NCBI GenBank assembly: GCA_965197925.1
Contig: CBDAOC010000020.1
Location: forward strand, 288,001-352,000
Origin: Nitrososphaerales archaeon
Lineage (GTDB): Archaea; Thermoproteota; Nitrososphaeria; Nitrososphaerales; UBA213
Length of the DNA stretch: 64,000 bases
Direction: 5' to 3'
Of the stretch, positions 63,240-64,000 are shown one piece after another; position 1 is the first letter of the stretch; each line of letters starts with the position of its first letter. Made by a program: the position numbers and the translations under genes. Below the pieces are notes generated by a model. The model saw nothing but the letters and a program-made list of their open reading frames with translations. It searched no databases and had not been told where the DNA came from.

Positions 63240-64000
63240 ATGAGCAAAGTAGGGCTAATCGGAACGGGTATTATGGGAAAAGCAGTTGCGACCAGACTCC
63301 TAAATACTGGGCATACGCTTACTGTTTATAATAGAACTCAAGAAAAAACAGTGTCGTTGAAAAAGCTTGGTGCTATAGTAGTAGAGAATCCGAGAATTGT
63401 TGCGCAATCTTCTGATTTGGTGATAACCGTTGTAAAAGATGCTATGGCAGTAGAAACAGTAGCTTTCGGTGATAATGGAATAGTTCATGGGAGACATCCC
63501 AATCTTACGGTAGCAGATATGAGCACTATTAATCCAATAGCATCTAGATCAATAGCAAAACGATTTATGGAAAACCAAATTATGATGCTTGACACACCTG
63601 TAATGGGTGGACCCAACGTTGCAGAACTAGGTGAATTGATATTGATGATAGGTGGTAATAGAGAGATTTATCAAAGATATAAGAAAATTTTTGATTTCAT
63701 AGGTAAGAAGACCTTCTACATAGGTAGTAATGGTGCAGCACATGCCATGAAACTAGCTTTGAACTTACAGATAGCAATGATAGCTCTTGCATTGTCTGAA
63801 GGAATCACACTAACAAGGGGAGCAGATCTTGACCCGGAACTTTTTCTTCAAATTCTTAACTCAACCTACTTCAAGACTGGTATGAGCGAAAATAAGGGTC
63901 CAAAAATGATAAAGAATACTTTTAACGCAACTTTTACATTAAAGATGATGATGAAGGATTTGGGCACCATAAATGATACCGCTGGTACATTTAATTTATC
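63240..64000 (+). CDS. NAD-dependent beta-hydroxyacid dehydrogenase (3-hydroxyisobutyrate/tartronate semialdehyde reductase family), runs off the window
   Basis: MSKVGLIGTGIMG, YNRT, DMSTI, LDTPVMGG and MKLALN motifs. Confidence 0.92.
   Translation, partial: MSKVGLIGTGIMGKAVATRLLNTGHTLTVYNRTQEKTVSLKKLGAIVVENPRIVAQSSDLVITVVKDAMAVETVAFGDNGIVHGRHPNLTVADMSTINPIASRSIAKRFMENQIMMLDTPVMGGPNVAELGELILMIGGNREIYQRYKKIFDFIGKKTFYIGSNGAAHAMKLALNLQIAMIALALSEGITLTRGADLDPELFLQILNSTYFKTGMSENKGPKMIKNTFNATFTLKMMMKDLGTINDTAGTFNL

Overview
Archaeal chromosome segment, most likely Nitrososphaerota (Thaumarchaeota). This assignment is inferred from the radA/rpl21e-rpoF-DUF655-rsmA block, class III phaEC, a roadblock-like protein and the integrase type. 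The left half (1 to ~33.5 kb) is an accessory zone full of IS5-like and DDE elements and their decayed ends. It holds (i) a ~3.9 kb co-oriented virus-like island (5528-9405) with a palindrome/iteron-dense left end, an A32/FtsK-type P-loop ATPase, a GT-C-like membrane protein, a sequon-rich secreted protein and its own recurring upstream motif AACGTCATA about 32 bp before starts; and (ii) a decayed ~8 kb tyrosine-integrase element at tRNA-Ala(GGC). That tRNA carries a 28-nt insertion between positions 7 and 8 that folds into a BHB-like splicing motif using the 5' leader. The right half is mostly housekeeping (queD/queC, valS, polX, pdxST, aconitase, rsmA, rpoF, rpl21e, radA). It also has a coupled proteasome beta-alpha pair with a divergent alpha subunit, and a PHA cluster: phaE-phaC facing a hydrolase/AbrB-type phaR/phasin-like unit, with a candidate operator repeat. 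Many accessory genes are frameshifted, either by real decay or by assembly indels. No CRISPR array or rRNA was seen. All calls come from motif recognition by eye; no searches were run.
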